Below, piece after piece: positions 1 through 10,408 of a stretch of DNA of 64,000 nucleotides. The notes under the pieces are model-generated. The model searched no databases. It saw only the letters and a list, made by a program, of their open reading frames with translations, and was not told the DNA's origin. The stretch lies in NCBI GenBank assembly GCA_977020255.1, contig CDROCS010002676.1, positions 496,001-560,000 on the forward strand, in the 5' to 3' direction. The DNA is from Obrimoposthia wandeli (Eukaryota). Made by a program: the position numbers and the translations under genes. How positions within the stretch are numbered: the first letter of the stretch is position 1; each line of letters opens with the position of its first letter.

Positions 1-144
1 TCGTTTTTCTGGGACTGGAGTAGAAATTTGCCATCTGATCTTTTTTGTCAACCCCTGGTATATAAATATTTTAGGATTCTATTTATACTGATTTCAATCT
101 GGTCTTTCCTTATCTATTTTACATCTTTTCTATTCCATTTATAT

Positions 145-1915
145 TGTTAAGATTAGGAATTGAAATAAAATGAATTAAACTATTTATAAAGAAAAACTAA
201 ACCTTGAATGAAAGATTGAATTAATAAAATATAAATTTAAAAAAATTAGAAAAATAACAAAAAGTAATTTAGGACCGTGAGGGGGTCGTGTGTGTTGCGA
301 TGTATGTAGGGATGATTTTAAATAAGCGGGCAAATAAAATAAATTACTAGGAAAATCAGGATTGAGTAAAAATAATAACCCAAGAAAGAAAAGATTAATT
401 AATCGGCTATGAAACCAGAAAATAGAAAATCCATTATTGTGTGAAAATTCCAGCTGCCACTAAGTGGAGAATCCCCAGAAGCGGAATCAATCAACGCGTT
501 GGAATCAATCCAGCCGTAAATAGTCTGGAAAGGAAGAAACTGGTAAGGGCACTTAAGTTTAGTGCAGGCCATTTATTATTTTCCATTGAGGGGCGAGACG
601 GATGCACTTGATTTGAGGTGCTGGGTGCTGGGCTGGCCAATTTCGAGTTCGGCTCCGAAATTGAGTAAATGTATTCGTTGAGTTGAGGGGGAAATCATCC
701 AATTGCAGCGGCCACTTGTGGAGGTCGAGACCATTGGTAGATTGAGACAAAATTCACAGAAGTAAAAAGAAATCCTATTGGAGGTAAAATTTCTTATAAA
801 AGACGGAAACTAGAGTTGAGATTTAGTAGAAATTATTGATCGTAATACAATCGAATCACAATCGGACAAGCAGAGACAGATATAATCGTAGAGCACCTTC
901 TGGACAAGCAGAGACAGATATAATTGTAGAGCACTTTCTGGACAAGCAGAGACAGATATAATCGTAGAGCACTTTCTGAACGAACAAAGGCGGATCTTGG
1001 TGAGAATTCTGTGTGTAGATAACTTAGAGAAAGTTTAAATTGTGAATTATCTTAAAGTTGAAAGAATTGTGAATTTATCTGAAAATTGGAATAATTGTGA
1101 ATTATCTTAAAGTTGAAATAATTGTGAATTATCTTAAAAGTTGATTAATTGTGAATTATCTTAAAGTTGGAATAATTGTGAATTATCTTAAAGTTAAAAT
1201 AATTGTGAATTATCTTAAAAGTTAAAATAATTGTGAATTTATCTTAAAAGTTGAGATAATTTATGTAATTAAGAAATTATCTTAAAGTTTGTATAACAGT
1301 TTGTATAATTCTGAAGTTTATTGTAAAAGGGTTATTGTAAACTGACTTGTTATAAAAAGTTGTAGAACATAATTTTTAGAATCGGTAATGGGAAGAACTT
1401 CGAACTGGTAAATTAGGTGAAGTTGGTTCAAAATAAGTAAAGGTTTTAGAACCTATATATTGAAGAAACCAAAGTTGGAACTAAAGAACAATTTAAATTA
1501 ACTAGGCAAATTTGGTTATCTATATTTATAAAGTGTTTGAGACTGATTGTTGTTAGACAACCTACTTGTCAACTTGGTACCAACTTGGATTTACCAAAAT
1601 CCTTTTTAGTTAGTAAAGTAATATCGAATTTTTCTACAGATCATGTAGAGTTAACAATCACATAGGAATAGAAAAACACAAATCCCTCCACACACCACAC
1701 TACAATAAGGGAACCCTTTTAGTACCTTGTGCACACAACTCTGTACACATCTCGCACTACATTGACACAAAAACCTTCAGACTTTAGACTAAGTTAAGTA
1801 GGAAAAAACCTAAATAGGCCACATACATCTGTAAACCCTATTGCTTCAGAACTCACGCTGGGGCCCTCCAGAAGAGGATCTTTCTGAATCATAATTTCAA
1901 ATAGAAACCCCAACA
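145..1915 (+). mobile_element. Solo LTR (1771 bp) of a family related to the giant Gypsy element
   Basis: Starts TGTTAAGATTAGGAATT and ends GAAACCCCAACA, flanked by ATAT on both sides (141-144 and 1916-1919). Both ends align with the giant element's LTR read on its sense strand. No PBS follows. Confidence 0.9.
864..1290 (+). repeat. Tandem arrays inside the solo LTR: 38-bp unit x3 (864-978) and ~27-bp unit x~8 (~1038-1290)
   Basis: Units GGACAAGCAGAGACAGATATAATCGTAGAGCAC and AATTGTGAATTATCTTAAAGTTG are directly visible. Confidence 0.9.
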
Positions 1916-3269
1916 ATATATCAATTTACTCACATACGCACTTCTGTGTCATTGCCACTTAGTTCCCCTTTTTCCAATAATGGATTTACAACGTTTTGAG
2001 GATTTCTCTTTCTATTTGATCTAAGTGTTCCAGTTGTGAGTCTTGCACTTAAATGAAGCCTTGGACAAATCAATATTTTTATAGCAATTACCCAACGTAT
2101 AAATTATGAGTAAGTAATTATGTTCAAGTAAGGTACCATAAATAGAAGTACTAGGAGTTGTATTTTTTTCATTTAAGGATTTTCAGTATCGATTTTTGGC
2201 CTTTTCGCGAAACAAGACTGGGATTATGTAGTAACAAAGATTCATCCAAAGATAAGGCCTCATTTGGATGGTATGTAAGTAGTATACATAGTGTCAGTAC
2301 GAACATACCGTCAAAAAGACCACCCAATCGGGAGAATCTTTGTGACGGTGCGTCCGTCCCAAATTGCATGCATTAGTCTTGTCTATATTTGTTAAAAAAA
2401 ATACAAAATCACTGAAAAACACACGAAAATCATCTAGGCTTGAAATCGTGCAAACGGCCGCACTGCTGACCCCCACACGAGGGTATTCCTTTTACTACAA
2501 AATTTGATTGCTGCTGTATGCACAATTTCAAGACTTTAGAAAATGTTTAATTTTTTTGTTTTAAAGTTTAAGAAAATAAAATTTTGTGTTTTTATGTTTT
2601 TTAGTATTTTTTATAAGTTTTTGATCTATATATATTTTAAAAAGGGACCAAAGTCTCCCTTACGGAGCCTCCTAAGAGGAGAGCTCTGTATGATCAGGCA
2701 GCACCTTTGAAAATTAAATAATAATTAAAATAATAAACAATTAAATTATTTATTCACATGCTTACAAAATAGAGTTTCATGGCGGTGATAATACCGGAAG
2801 ATTTCCTATAGCTAATAAAATATTTATAATTAAATTAAAAATAAATTTTTACTACGATGGTAATGAAATAATTCCAAAATCCTAGCTTCAAAAAGTTCTT
2901 TTGAAAAGTTCATTTGAAAATTATTTATTTGTATATAGTTTGAATATATATCTTCTCTTGTGTTAATGCGAAGAGCACATAACATATCCAAAGTGTTGAA
3001 ATAAGAATTTATAATAAAATTATTTTAAAATTAAATTTACTTCAATATTATTAGGTAACAAATCAAAGTTTTCCTATATATTAAATAAGTCGAGATAAGA
3101 TAAAAATTATATTATATACAAATAAACGTGTATGTAATAATATATACAAATGATAATAATATATACAAGAACAATAATAATATACAACAGTATCAAATAT
3201 AAAATCAGACAACAAAATCTATACAAATTAATTTATTATATCTTATTTACAAATTATTAAGTAAAACTA

Positions 3270-4581
3270 AAATGACCATAAGCTAGGCTTTTATTCTTAC
3301 TAACCCATCTCCTTTTATCATCAAAACATTTTAAAGCAACTTTAGAGGTAAATGTTATATGAAGCTGATGGTTATAGATGTTATACGTAACTGGCTAACA
3401 CTAATGATTTCTTCTTTTACATAAGTCTTGATGTCTTAAATAAGTTTGTTTTAAGGAAATACCCGTAGCCTTTAATTTATTTTGAAGAGAGTAACATTTT
3501 GGTTTAAATAAAACTCACTCTTTATAATCAGTACCCTCACTTTAATCTTTAAATTTTCCAATTGCAGCTTTAAGATTTTTCGAATACATTATTACTCTAT
3601 AATCAGTACCCTCACTTTCATCTTTAAATTTTCCAATTACAGCTTTAAGATTTTTCAAATACAAGGGCTGTATTTTAGAATAATTACTCGTATCTAAATA
3701 CCCGTCCTTAATCATTTTTAAAGTAATTTATCTTTATTAATATTTATACACTCAAGGAAAAATAATCTGTATCCATAGCTACAATTCGAATATTACAATT
3801 AAAAGTTTGCTAATATCGTTCAAGCTCAACATACGTAATTGATACATTCGTAATTTATATTGATCAATTACAGCTTTACCGACATAGAAAAGCCGATCTA
3901 AACATATTTCTTGTTTCTGCATAAAAACTAAATTTAAATCATAATTTATTTGAGTATGACGTTTAAACCAGGAACTCGATACTAATTTTACAAACTGTTT
4001 ATCATTATTATATAATCTAATATCAAGCCGCTTCTTAAGATTCTCAACCCTTTTACCGTAAACAGAATTATTTTTCAACTTATAAAATTCATATTCAAAC
4101 TTATTGTCACTAGTTGCTCGCTTGTTTGAATAAAAATATATACTGTTTTTAAATAGGTGCTTGTCTAAATTGAATACCCCTATGCATTTTTAAGATTTCA
4201 ACACCAAGAAAAACATTAAAATTAGAGAAAGGAAAATTTATTACATAATATTCGTTATCATTATGTGTTAAAATTAATTTAGGAATTTTTGAGTTTGGTA
4301 GACACATCTTATGGGGTCCAATAGGAAAATCATCAACTTTATTATGTATACGAACCGGAATATGTAAATCTATTTGAACAAGATAACCCCTTACGTTTTT
4401 ACTTATATGATTTTTGCTTCCAATGCAATTTAAAATATAATCAAAATTATCATGCACCCAATTAAATTCTATATGTGGTAAAAGTTGTCTTAAAGCTCAA
4501 CCGTATAAATTATTTACATCTAAATAAAGAAGAGATGTAGATCGGTCTTACATTAATGTTTATAGACAAAAGTCATACATC
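3270..4581 (-). pseudogene. Polinton/Maverick protein-primed DNA polymerase B, C-terminal half (degraded)
   Basis: ORF 3779-4078 has KNNSVYGKRVENLKKRLDIRL (motif B) and YVGKAVID. ORF 4149-4457 has GYLVQIDLHIP...KLILT...HRGIQFRQ. Further downstream: DTSNY...IGKFKDE...KPKCY. Multiple stops. Confidence 0.85.
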
Positions 4582-5044
4582 TGTTGGGGTTTCTATATGA
4601 AACTTATATAGATCCTCTTGTGTGCGGAGGGCCCCAACGTGAGTTCGAATAGAAGCAGATCTTAAAGTTGGTCGTGGCCTACTTAGTGCTATGGTCTCCT
4701 GTCTCAACTACTTATCTGAAGGTGTTTGTTTTGACGTCTCTTAATCTGAAGGTTTTAAAACAACGTTTTCTAATGTAGGAAATCGTTTATTGTTAACACA
4801 CTAGACTAATACAACAATATGTTTACGTACGTATTTTCTAAAAAGTTATAGTAAAAATTCCTAAGACTTCTGTAAGTCTCTACACCAGTGGGGATGAACC
4901 ACGTATCGATTTTACGTTAAGGTTGGTTAATATCTTAGAGTCTTTTCCTTAAATCGCGAATAAGCTCAAGTTATAGATTTTATGGAGCTGGTTGCTCTAC
5001 TTCAAATGGTGAATTTATAGGCAAACAATTGTTAATTAAATTTA

Positions 5045-5895
5045 TAGGCAAAACAATTATTACTTCAATGGTAATTTTATAGGTAAACAAATATTTCTTC
5101 AATGATAATTTTATAGGCAAATAAATATTTCTTCAACGATAATTTTATAGGTAAACAAATATTTCTTCAATGATAATTTTATAGGCAAACAATATTTCTT
5201 CAATGATAATTTTATAGGCAAACAATATTTCTTCAATGATAATTTTATAGGCAAATAAATATTTCTTCAGTGATAATTTTTTAGGTAAACAAATATTTCT
5301 TCAATGATAATTTTATATGCAAAACAAATAGTATGTCAATGATAATTTATATGCAAAACAAATATTATGTCAATGATAATTTATATGCAAAACAAATATT
5401 ATGTCAATGATAATTTTATAGCAAAACAAATATTATGTCAATGAAAATTTTACAGGCAAACAATATTTCTTCAATGATAATTTTATAGGTAAACAAATAT
5501 TATGTCAATGATAATTTTATATGCAAACAATATTTCTCAAATGATAATTTTATATGCAAAACAAATATTATGTCAATGATAATTTATATGCAAAACAAAT
5601 ATTATGTCAATGATAATTTTATAGCAAAACAAATATTATGTCAATGACAATTTTACAGGCAAACAATATTTCTTCAATGATAATTTTATAGGTAAACAAA
5701 TATTATGTCAATGATAATTTATATGCAAAACAAATATTATGTCAATGATAATTTTATAGCAAAACAAATATTATGTCAATGACAATTTTACAGGCAAACA
5801 ATATTTCTTCAATGATAATTTTATAGGTAAACAAATATTATGTCAATGATAATTTTATATGCAAAACAAATATTATGTCAATGATAATTTTATAG
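5045..5895. repeat. AT-rich 31-33-bp tandem array (about 25 units, two variants) within the LTR; counterpart at ~24560-25376
   Basis: Units TTTCTTCAATGATAATTTTATAGG(C/T)AAACAAATA and TTATGTCAATGATAATTTTATATGCAAAACAAATA. Confidence 0.93.
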
Positions 5896-5959
5896 TCGTT
5901 TCGTCTCACCTATTTAATCCGATTTTCCAATTCCTGGGACGACGTGTAAGCTTGCCGAT

Positions 5960-6157
5960 CCGCAACTGTAAGATGAATCCCGATTCGCAACTGTAAGATG
6001 AATCCCGATTCGCAACTGTAAGATGAATCCCGATTCGCAACTGTAAGATGAATCCCGATTCGCAACTGTAAGATGAATCCCGATTCGCAACTGTAAGATG
6101 AATCCGATTCGCAACTGTAAGATGAATTCGATTCGCAACTGTAAGATGAATTCGATT
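5960..6157. repeat. 25-bp GC-richer tandem array in U3: 8 copies here, 5 copies at ~25441-25564
   Basis: Unit CGCAACTGTAAGATGAATCCCGATT, containing the mini-palindrome GAATC-CC-GATTC. Copies counted directly. Confidence 0.93.
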
Positions 6158-7233
6158 GTCTGTCGCTCCGCCGCCGTGAAATGAATTCGATATTGGCTGA
6201 TCTGCAATTCCAGCAATTAATATAGGCTCAAAATTAGGAGCGCTCACCAGAGTTTTTTCCGCTGACTCAGTCCTTCGTCTCGGCTAAAATTGCTCTTTTC
6301 TGTGTGTGTCCCCTGGCACGACAATGACTGATAGTTACTGGAGAGGATTTCTGGTAGTTGATTTTTCTTCCAATTCACTGAGTTTGTTTCTCCTTCTATT
6401 ACAATTCACTGAGTCGACTTATATAGTCGATCGTCGATTGGAGGCAATTTCCACCTGGCTCTTGAAAGTCAGTGAAAATAAAATTGGCTAAAATAATATG
6501 CCTACTGTCAATCTTCTTTTCTGCTGACGTGGTTTTTCTTTTAATTAATTTTCTTTTTTGCTTTGCTTATTATTTTCTTTTGCACTTTTGTTTCCTTTAA
6601 AATTAACTTATATACACAACACATCATACACGACCTTCGTGGTCTTCTAACATTTATTCTTATTTTAATTTTAATAATTTTAATTTTGATTTTAAAATTT
6701 ATTAAATTCTAACCTTGCTTTCAAGGATTTTCATTTTACTATAAAATCAATTTATTATTTTAATTTTTTAATTCCTAAACCTAACATATCTCGGGGGTTC
6801 CAAAAAAGTTACGTCCCCGGAACGTATCGATTTTACTCTTACAAGCCTCTGGCTGTTGATTTTAGGTTCATCCCTACAAAATCAGTCATTCAACTCATCA
6901 AACATGCCCAAAAAAAAAATTCCAAAACCCGGTTTTTAGAGGAAATTATAGTGAATAATTTGGACAAGTCTCAATTTATACACTATTACTACGTAAAACT
7001 AAAAATTACACAAGGGAAAGGATCAAGGGGGTGATTGTCAAGGAAGATGACGGTTCAATTAATGTTAATTGTCAGTTGTTCCTGTCATTTAGGAACAGCG
7101 TGACCTGCTCCAGTGGCAGGTCTGGATACGATGGGGTCTGGCCTTCGAACAGGGCCATCTGCTGGTTGAGGTTGAGGTGCGGGTTGGGATGGAAAAGGGT
7201 TGTGTACCGCCCGTGGACCCCGCGATTCTGGAT

Positions 7234-7569
7234 TCATATTTGGCGACCGCGTTGCCATGAGCGGCAGTCACGGCTTGATCGCCATTTCTCTCGGAGGGAG
7301 AGTTTCGCGTCGCGACGGCGCGCAATGCAACCGGGACATTGGCAATGTTCGCCACCAATACAGCTGGTGAGCGAACGAGTGCCCTTGTGGCGACCGCGAC
7401 ATTGGAGTGTCCATTCCGCGAAGGGAGCACGGCACAACGGACATGTGACGTGGCCTTCGGGTCGAGTTCGGGCCCATGTATAGAGACACGCCTCGTGGAA
7501 CTTGTGACGGCAGCCGACAGGGGATGCCGATGCCGTCCAAATTTTCTCCAGGCAGACTGAACACTTCAT
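7234..7569 (-). CDS. RING-H2 finger protein 1 (LTR-element cargo), with C-terminal C-x5-C-x-C-x2-C motif
   Basis: CSVC...CRHKFHEAC...W...CPLCR is a C3H2C3 RING. ATG at 7569; the ORF track starts at an upstream GTG. Confidence 0.85.
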   Translation of the reverse strand: MKCSVCLEKIWTASASPVGCRHKFHEACLYTWARTRPEGHVTCPLCRAPFAEWTLQCRGRHKGTRSLTSCIGGEHCQCPGCIARRRDAKLSLREKWRSSRDCRSWQRGRQI

Positions 7570-7919
7570 CTGCACAAGATAATGATTTTTTTCAACTTGG
7601 GGTTCGACTGTTTTCGTCGTTAGTTTATGAAGTTAAAATTTTAGTTTCAAAACGAAACCTTAGTTTTTAATCCTACCGAGTTTTGTTCCGATTTTAGGCA
7701 TGTTTACACATTCATACTAGGCATAAAAAATTGTCTTTTAGAATTTCAGTATAATAATTACAATTTCAATTAAACAACATACATAAAAATGGTAATGGTC
7801 ATTTTACAGTTTCACAAGATTATACAATTATGATTACAATTATGGTAGTTAATTTATCGCGGTATGCGATACACAGGGTAGTTCATGATGTCACGTTCAA
7901 GTCAGAAAGTTACCTTCGA

Positions 7920-8225
7920 TTATTGCTGGGAGTTGGGCTGGCCTGTGCGTCGCTCCTCCACGCAGAACGAGCACCAGCAATCGCAGATAGTTTTCCAGCA
8001 GTGTACTATGGGTACCACTGCTTGGAGGCTGTCCTGGATGTACAAGTAGTGCACTGAGAAGGTCGCTCTGCACATCGGGCAGGTTGGGTAGTCGAGGGGA
8101 TTGTTGCTGTTGGCGATGGGAATCCACGTCTCGAGGCATTCGATGTGGAATAGGTGGTCGCAGTTGTTGGGCTTGGTGTAGAGGTCCACGATGCTCTCGT
8201 AGCAGATGGAACATTCTCCAGACAT
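7920..8225 (-). CDS. RING-H2 finger protein 2 (cargo), with C-terminal C-x6-C-x-C-x2-C motif
   Basis: CSIC...CDHLFHIEC...W...CPMCR, then CWKTICDCWCSFC. Confidence 0.88.
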   Translation of the reverse strand: MSGECSICYESIVDLYTKPNNCDHLFHIECLETWIPIANSNNPLDYPTCPMCRATFSVHYLYIQDSLQAVVPIVHCWKTICDCWCSFCVEERRTGQPNSQQ

Positions 8226-8285
8226 TACTGTGAGAGGGTTGATGTTGAATTTGGGCTCGATTGAGGACTGGTGATTGTGTGATGT

Positions 8286-8585
8286 TTACACAAAAGAGGT
8301 CGGATTTTGTCGTTCTGACAAACAGTAGTAACACCAACACTCTCCGAAATTCTTCCAACAGAATACCACCTGTACATATACATCCTCTTGGTTGGGTTCT
8401 ATCATGATGAACCTTGCGAATTGTCTTCTGCATACAGGGCAACAAGGGTATGTTGGATGTCCGAACTGTCCATAAGTTCTGATCCATGTTGATAAACATT
8501 CCTCGTGGTGTAAATGGTTGCAGGTTTCGGGTCTTGTTCTTCGTTCGGTTAGATCTTCCAAACATATTGGGCATTCTTCGGACAT
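8286..8585 (-). CDS. RING-H2 finger protein 3 (cargo), with C-terminal C-x6-C-x-C-x2-C motif
   Basis: CPIC...CNHLHHEEC...W...CPVCR, then CWKNFGECWCYYC. Confidence 0.88.
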   Translation of the reverse strand: MSEECPICLEDLTERRTRPETCNHLHHEECLSTWIRTYGQFGHPTYPCCPVCRRQFARFIMIEPNQEDVYVQVVFCWKNFGECWCYYCLSERQNPTSFV

Positions 8586-8708
8586 TCTAAATACATGATG
8601 ATGATTAATTTCTACATGAGTTTTATATATTTCTACTATTTGTACAATCGCTTCTAGGTATTTCTACATATTTCACACACTAATTTATCTACAACCTCCT
8701 CTGACTTA

Positions 8709-9707
8709 TCATATCTTGATGGGAGGCGGAGGTAAGGGTCGCAATTCCACTTCCTCCATGGTGGGTGTGTTACAGCATCGCAGTCCTTCGCATTTTCGTC
8801 GTATTTTTGGGCATATTTGACTGCCTTTCACGCACACGACTGTCAATAGGACCACTGCTGTTGACACTACGGCCATTCCAATTAGAGCGTTGACCGCTGT
8901 TACTCTGCTATCAGATGATTGATAATCATACTTCATTTTGTTGTTTGTCGGTTCGAATGACATTTCCATTGGTCTTGATCGGTTTCCATGTATTAGGTCC
9001 GATTTTCTAAAAATTCGCGGATTTGGATATTTTGTTTCTGGTGGAACAGGTATTATTATTTTAGATTGGAAATTATGTTTGGGATCTAGTGGGATCGTTC
9101 CCCTCACTCTTGTCCTCTTAATAATTGTACTTTGGTTTCTGGAATTGAGCTCTTTTTCTTTCGCTTCTGTCTTTGTTCTGATCACTTTTGGCTTTTTGGA
9201 ATGGCGTTTACTTTCGTTTACCTTTGCCTTCTTTTTGACTAGGATTGGTTTTTTGGGAATGATTTTCCTGGGTTTGATACTTATACCGGATCTACGAAAT
9301 CGACGGTTCTGGTATCTTAGAGTTATGTAGAATATTTCACCTGTTATTACCATGATTATGGTCGAGGTCTCTGTAGCATTGCTGGGAATTCGGTTACATA
9401 GACATTCTGTATCAAAATGTGGTACTAACATTTGGTTTTGGATTTCGAATCTGATTCCGCCATCTGGATTGGGACACAACACTGTTACTCTGTCGGTTTC
9501 TAGCAATCTGAAAAATATTCTAACATAATTCCATACGGTTTTACGTCGTCTACCTGTGATCATAATCCTGTCGACAATTTTCCAGATGCGCTCATCTCTA
9601 GGCAATATTAATGACTTTGTTCGGATACTTTGGATAATCCGCTTCCTCTTTGATATCGTTATCCGTAGGTATAACACTCTTTCATGTGGATTTCTTTGAA
9701 CCAGGAA
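8709..9707 (-). CDS. Putative type-I membrane protein at the end of the Pol frame (joined to 9659-10408 by a 1-nt shift)
   Basis: Preceded by signal-peptide-like LLAIGLLSCLMPITGA at the end of ORF 9659-10408. Contains RRFRR (furin-like), hydrophobic VNALIGMAVVSTAVVLLTVVCV, and a short Cys-rich tail ending RPLPPPP. Confidence 0.6.
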   Translation of the reverse strand, partial: FLVQRNPHERVLYLRITISKRKRIIQSIRTKSLILPRDERIWKIVDRIMITGRRRKTVWNYVRIFFRLLETDRVTVLCPNPDGGIRFEIQNQMLVPHFDTECLCNRIPSNATETSTIIMVITGEIFYITLRYQNRRFRRSGISIKPRKIIPKKPILVKKKAKVNESKRHSKKPKVIRTKTEAKEKELNSRNQSTIIKRTRVRGTIPLDPKHNFQSKIIIPVPPETKYPNPRIFRKSDLIHGNRSRPMEMSFEPTNNKMKYDYQSSDSRVTAVNALIGMAVVSTAVVLLTVVCVKGSQICPKIRRKCEGLRCCNTPTMEEVELRPLPPPPIKI

Positions 9708-10408
9708 CTATTTCCGTGGTTAGAGCCTATCTCTTGTGCTCCCGTTATCGGCATTAGACAACTTAACAAGCCTATCGCTAGCAATCTTTGGTATTGAAAG
9801 CTGGGCACTGTTGTTGTAGCTTCATTTGTTTCTCGTTGTTGCTTCCTCTTTTCGGTGTACTTCTCTATTTCTCGAACGAGTAACGGTTTGAATTCCGTAT
9901 CTGGTCTATTCTGTTTGATGTAGACCATCGCTTCTTCTGGTGTATGACCATGGTACTCTACCAACAAGGATACACCTATGGTAGGCGCTAACATCGTACC
10001 TTTTTTCTGATATATCAGAACGCCGTTTCCTTCTGTGACTTCGGCTTGGATGGTTTGAGTCAATTTCATCAGATGTTGTTGTGAATCATTTATTTCTCGA
10101 TTGGAAGCATGTATGTATCGAGTGGTGTCGTCTTCAGTATTTTGACACAGACTGATTATCTCGTTTCCGACTTCAACAATATTAATTACTCGGTTGATAC
10201 TGTGGAACTTTAATCCAGCAGCATCTATATCTCCTGGATAACATAAAAATACTTTTGGCATTATCTGAGTAATTTTGTCGACTCCGGCTAAGAATAAACC
10301 GGTCAACGATAATGCTTGGAGGAAATTCTTTTCCTTTGGATCCTCAGGAATGTCGTCCATCCGTCTTTGTTCTTGCAACATAAGTTGGTAATTTGACAAC
10401 TGTCCCAA
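9659..10408 (-). CDS. End of DSP domain 1, plus a catalytically dead dual-specificity-phosphatase-like domain 2, plus a signal-like segment
   Basis: Starts GQLSNY, completing PNLNF(L)GQL. Then QIMPKVFLC...INRVINI...GVLIYQKKGTMLAPTIGVSLLVEYHGHTPEEAMVYIKQNRP follows the DSP fold, but HCxxGxxR is replaced by YQKKGTML. Confidence 0.75.
   Translation of the reverse strand: MGQLSNYQLMLQEQRRMDDIPEDPKEKNFLQALSLTGLFLAGVDKITQIMPKVFLCYPGDIDAAGLKFHSINRVINIVEVGNEIISLCQNTEDDTTRYIHASNREINDSQQHLMKLTQTIQAEVTEGNGVLIYQKKGTMLAPTIGVSLLVEYHGHTPEEAMVYIKQNRPDTEFKPLLVREIEKYTEKRKQQRETNEATTTVPSFQYQRLLAIGLLSCLMPITGAQEIGSNHGNSSWFKEIHMKECYTYG

Larger units (their letters stand above)
1..2480 (-). pseudogene. piggyBac-like transposase remnant, split by the solo LTR at 145-1915
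   Basis: Minus-strand fragments read YHPNEALSLDESLLL (first catalytic D region), TLRSNRKRNPQNVVNPLLEKGE, then across the LTR junction KW-NRKDVK and GVDKKDQMANFYSSPRKT. These are typical piggyBac motifs in the correct order, with stops and frameshifts. Outer limits are approximate. Confidence 0.75.
4582..6786 (-). repeat. 3' LTR (2205 bp)
   Basis: Direct repeat of 24098-26192 with TG..CA ends. It differs by a handful of substitutions and by tandem-unit copy number. Confidence 0.97.

Noticed and set aside
3523-3663. 75-bp-period tandem duplication within the pPolB remnant
   Set aside because: Local duplication in a dead gene; the second copy carries a stop.
5045-6157. Regular arrays that might be taken for CRISPR (also 23520-24045)
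   Set aside because: Head-to-tail units with no unique spacers, eukaryotic LTR context, no cas genes.
5906-6247. ORFs with repeated IHLTVANR / FILQLRIG peptides (also 25387-25654)
   Set aside because: Translation of the 25-bp LTR tandem array; no coding signal.
7031-7564. Extra overlapping ORFs around RING1 (7031-7483 +, 7089-7430 -, 7268-7564 -)
   Set aside because: Expected by-product of the local high GC; only the RING frame has a conserved motif.
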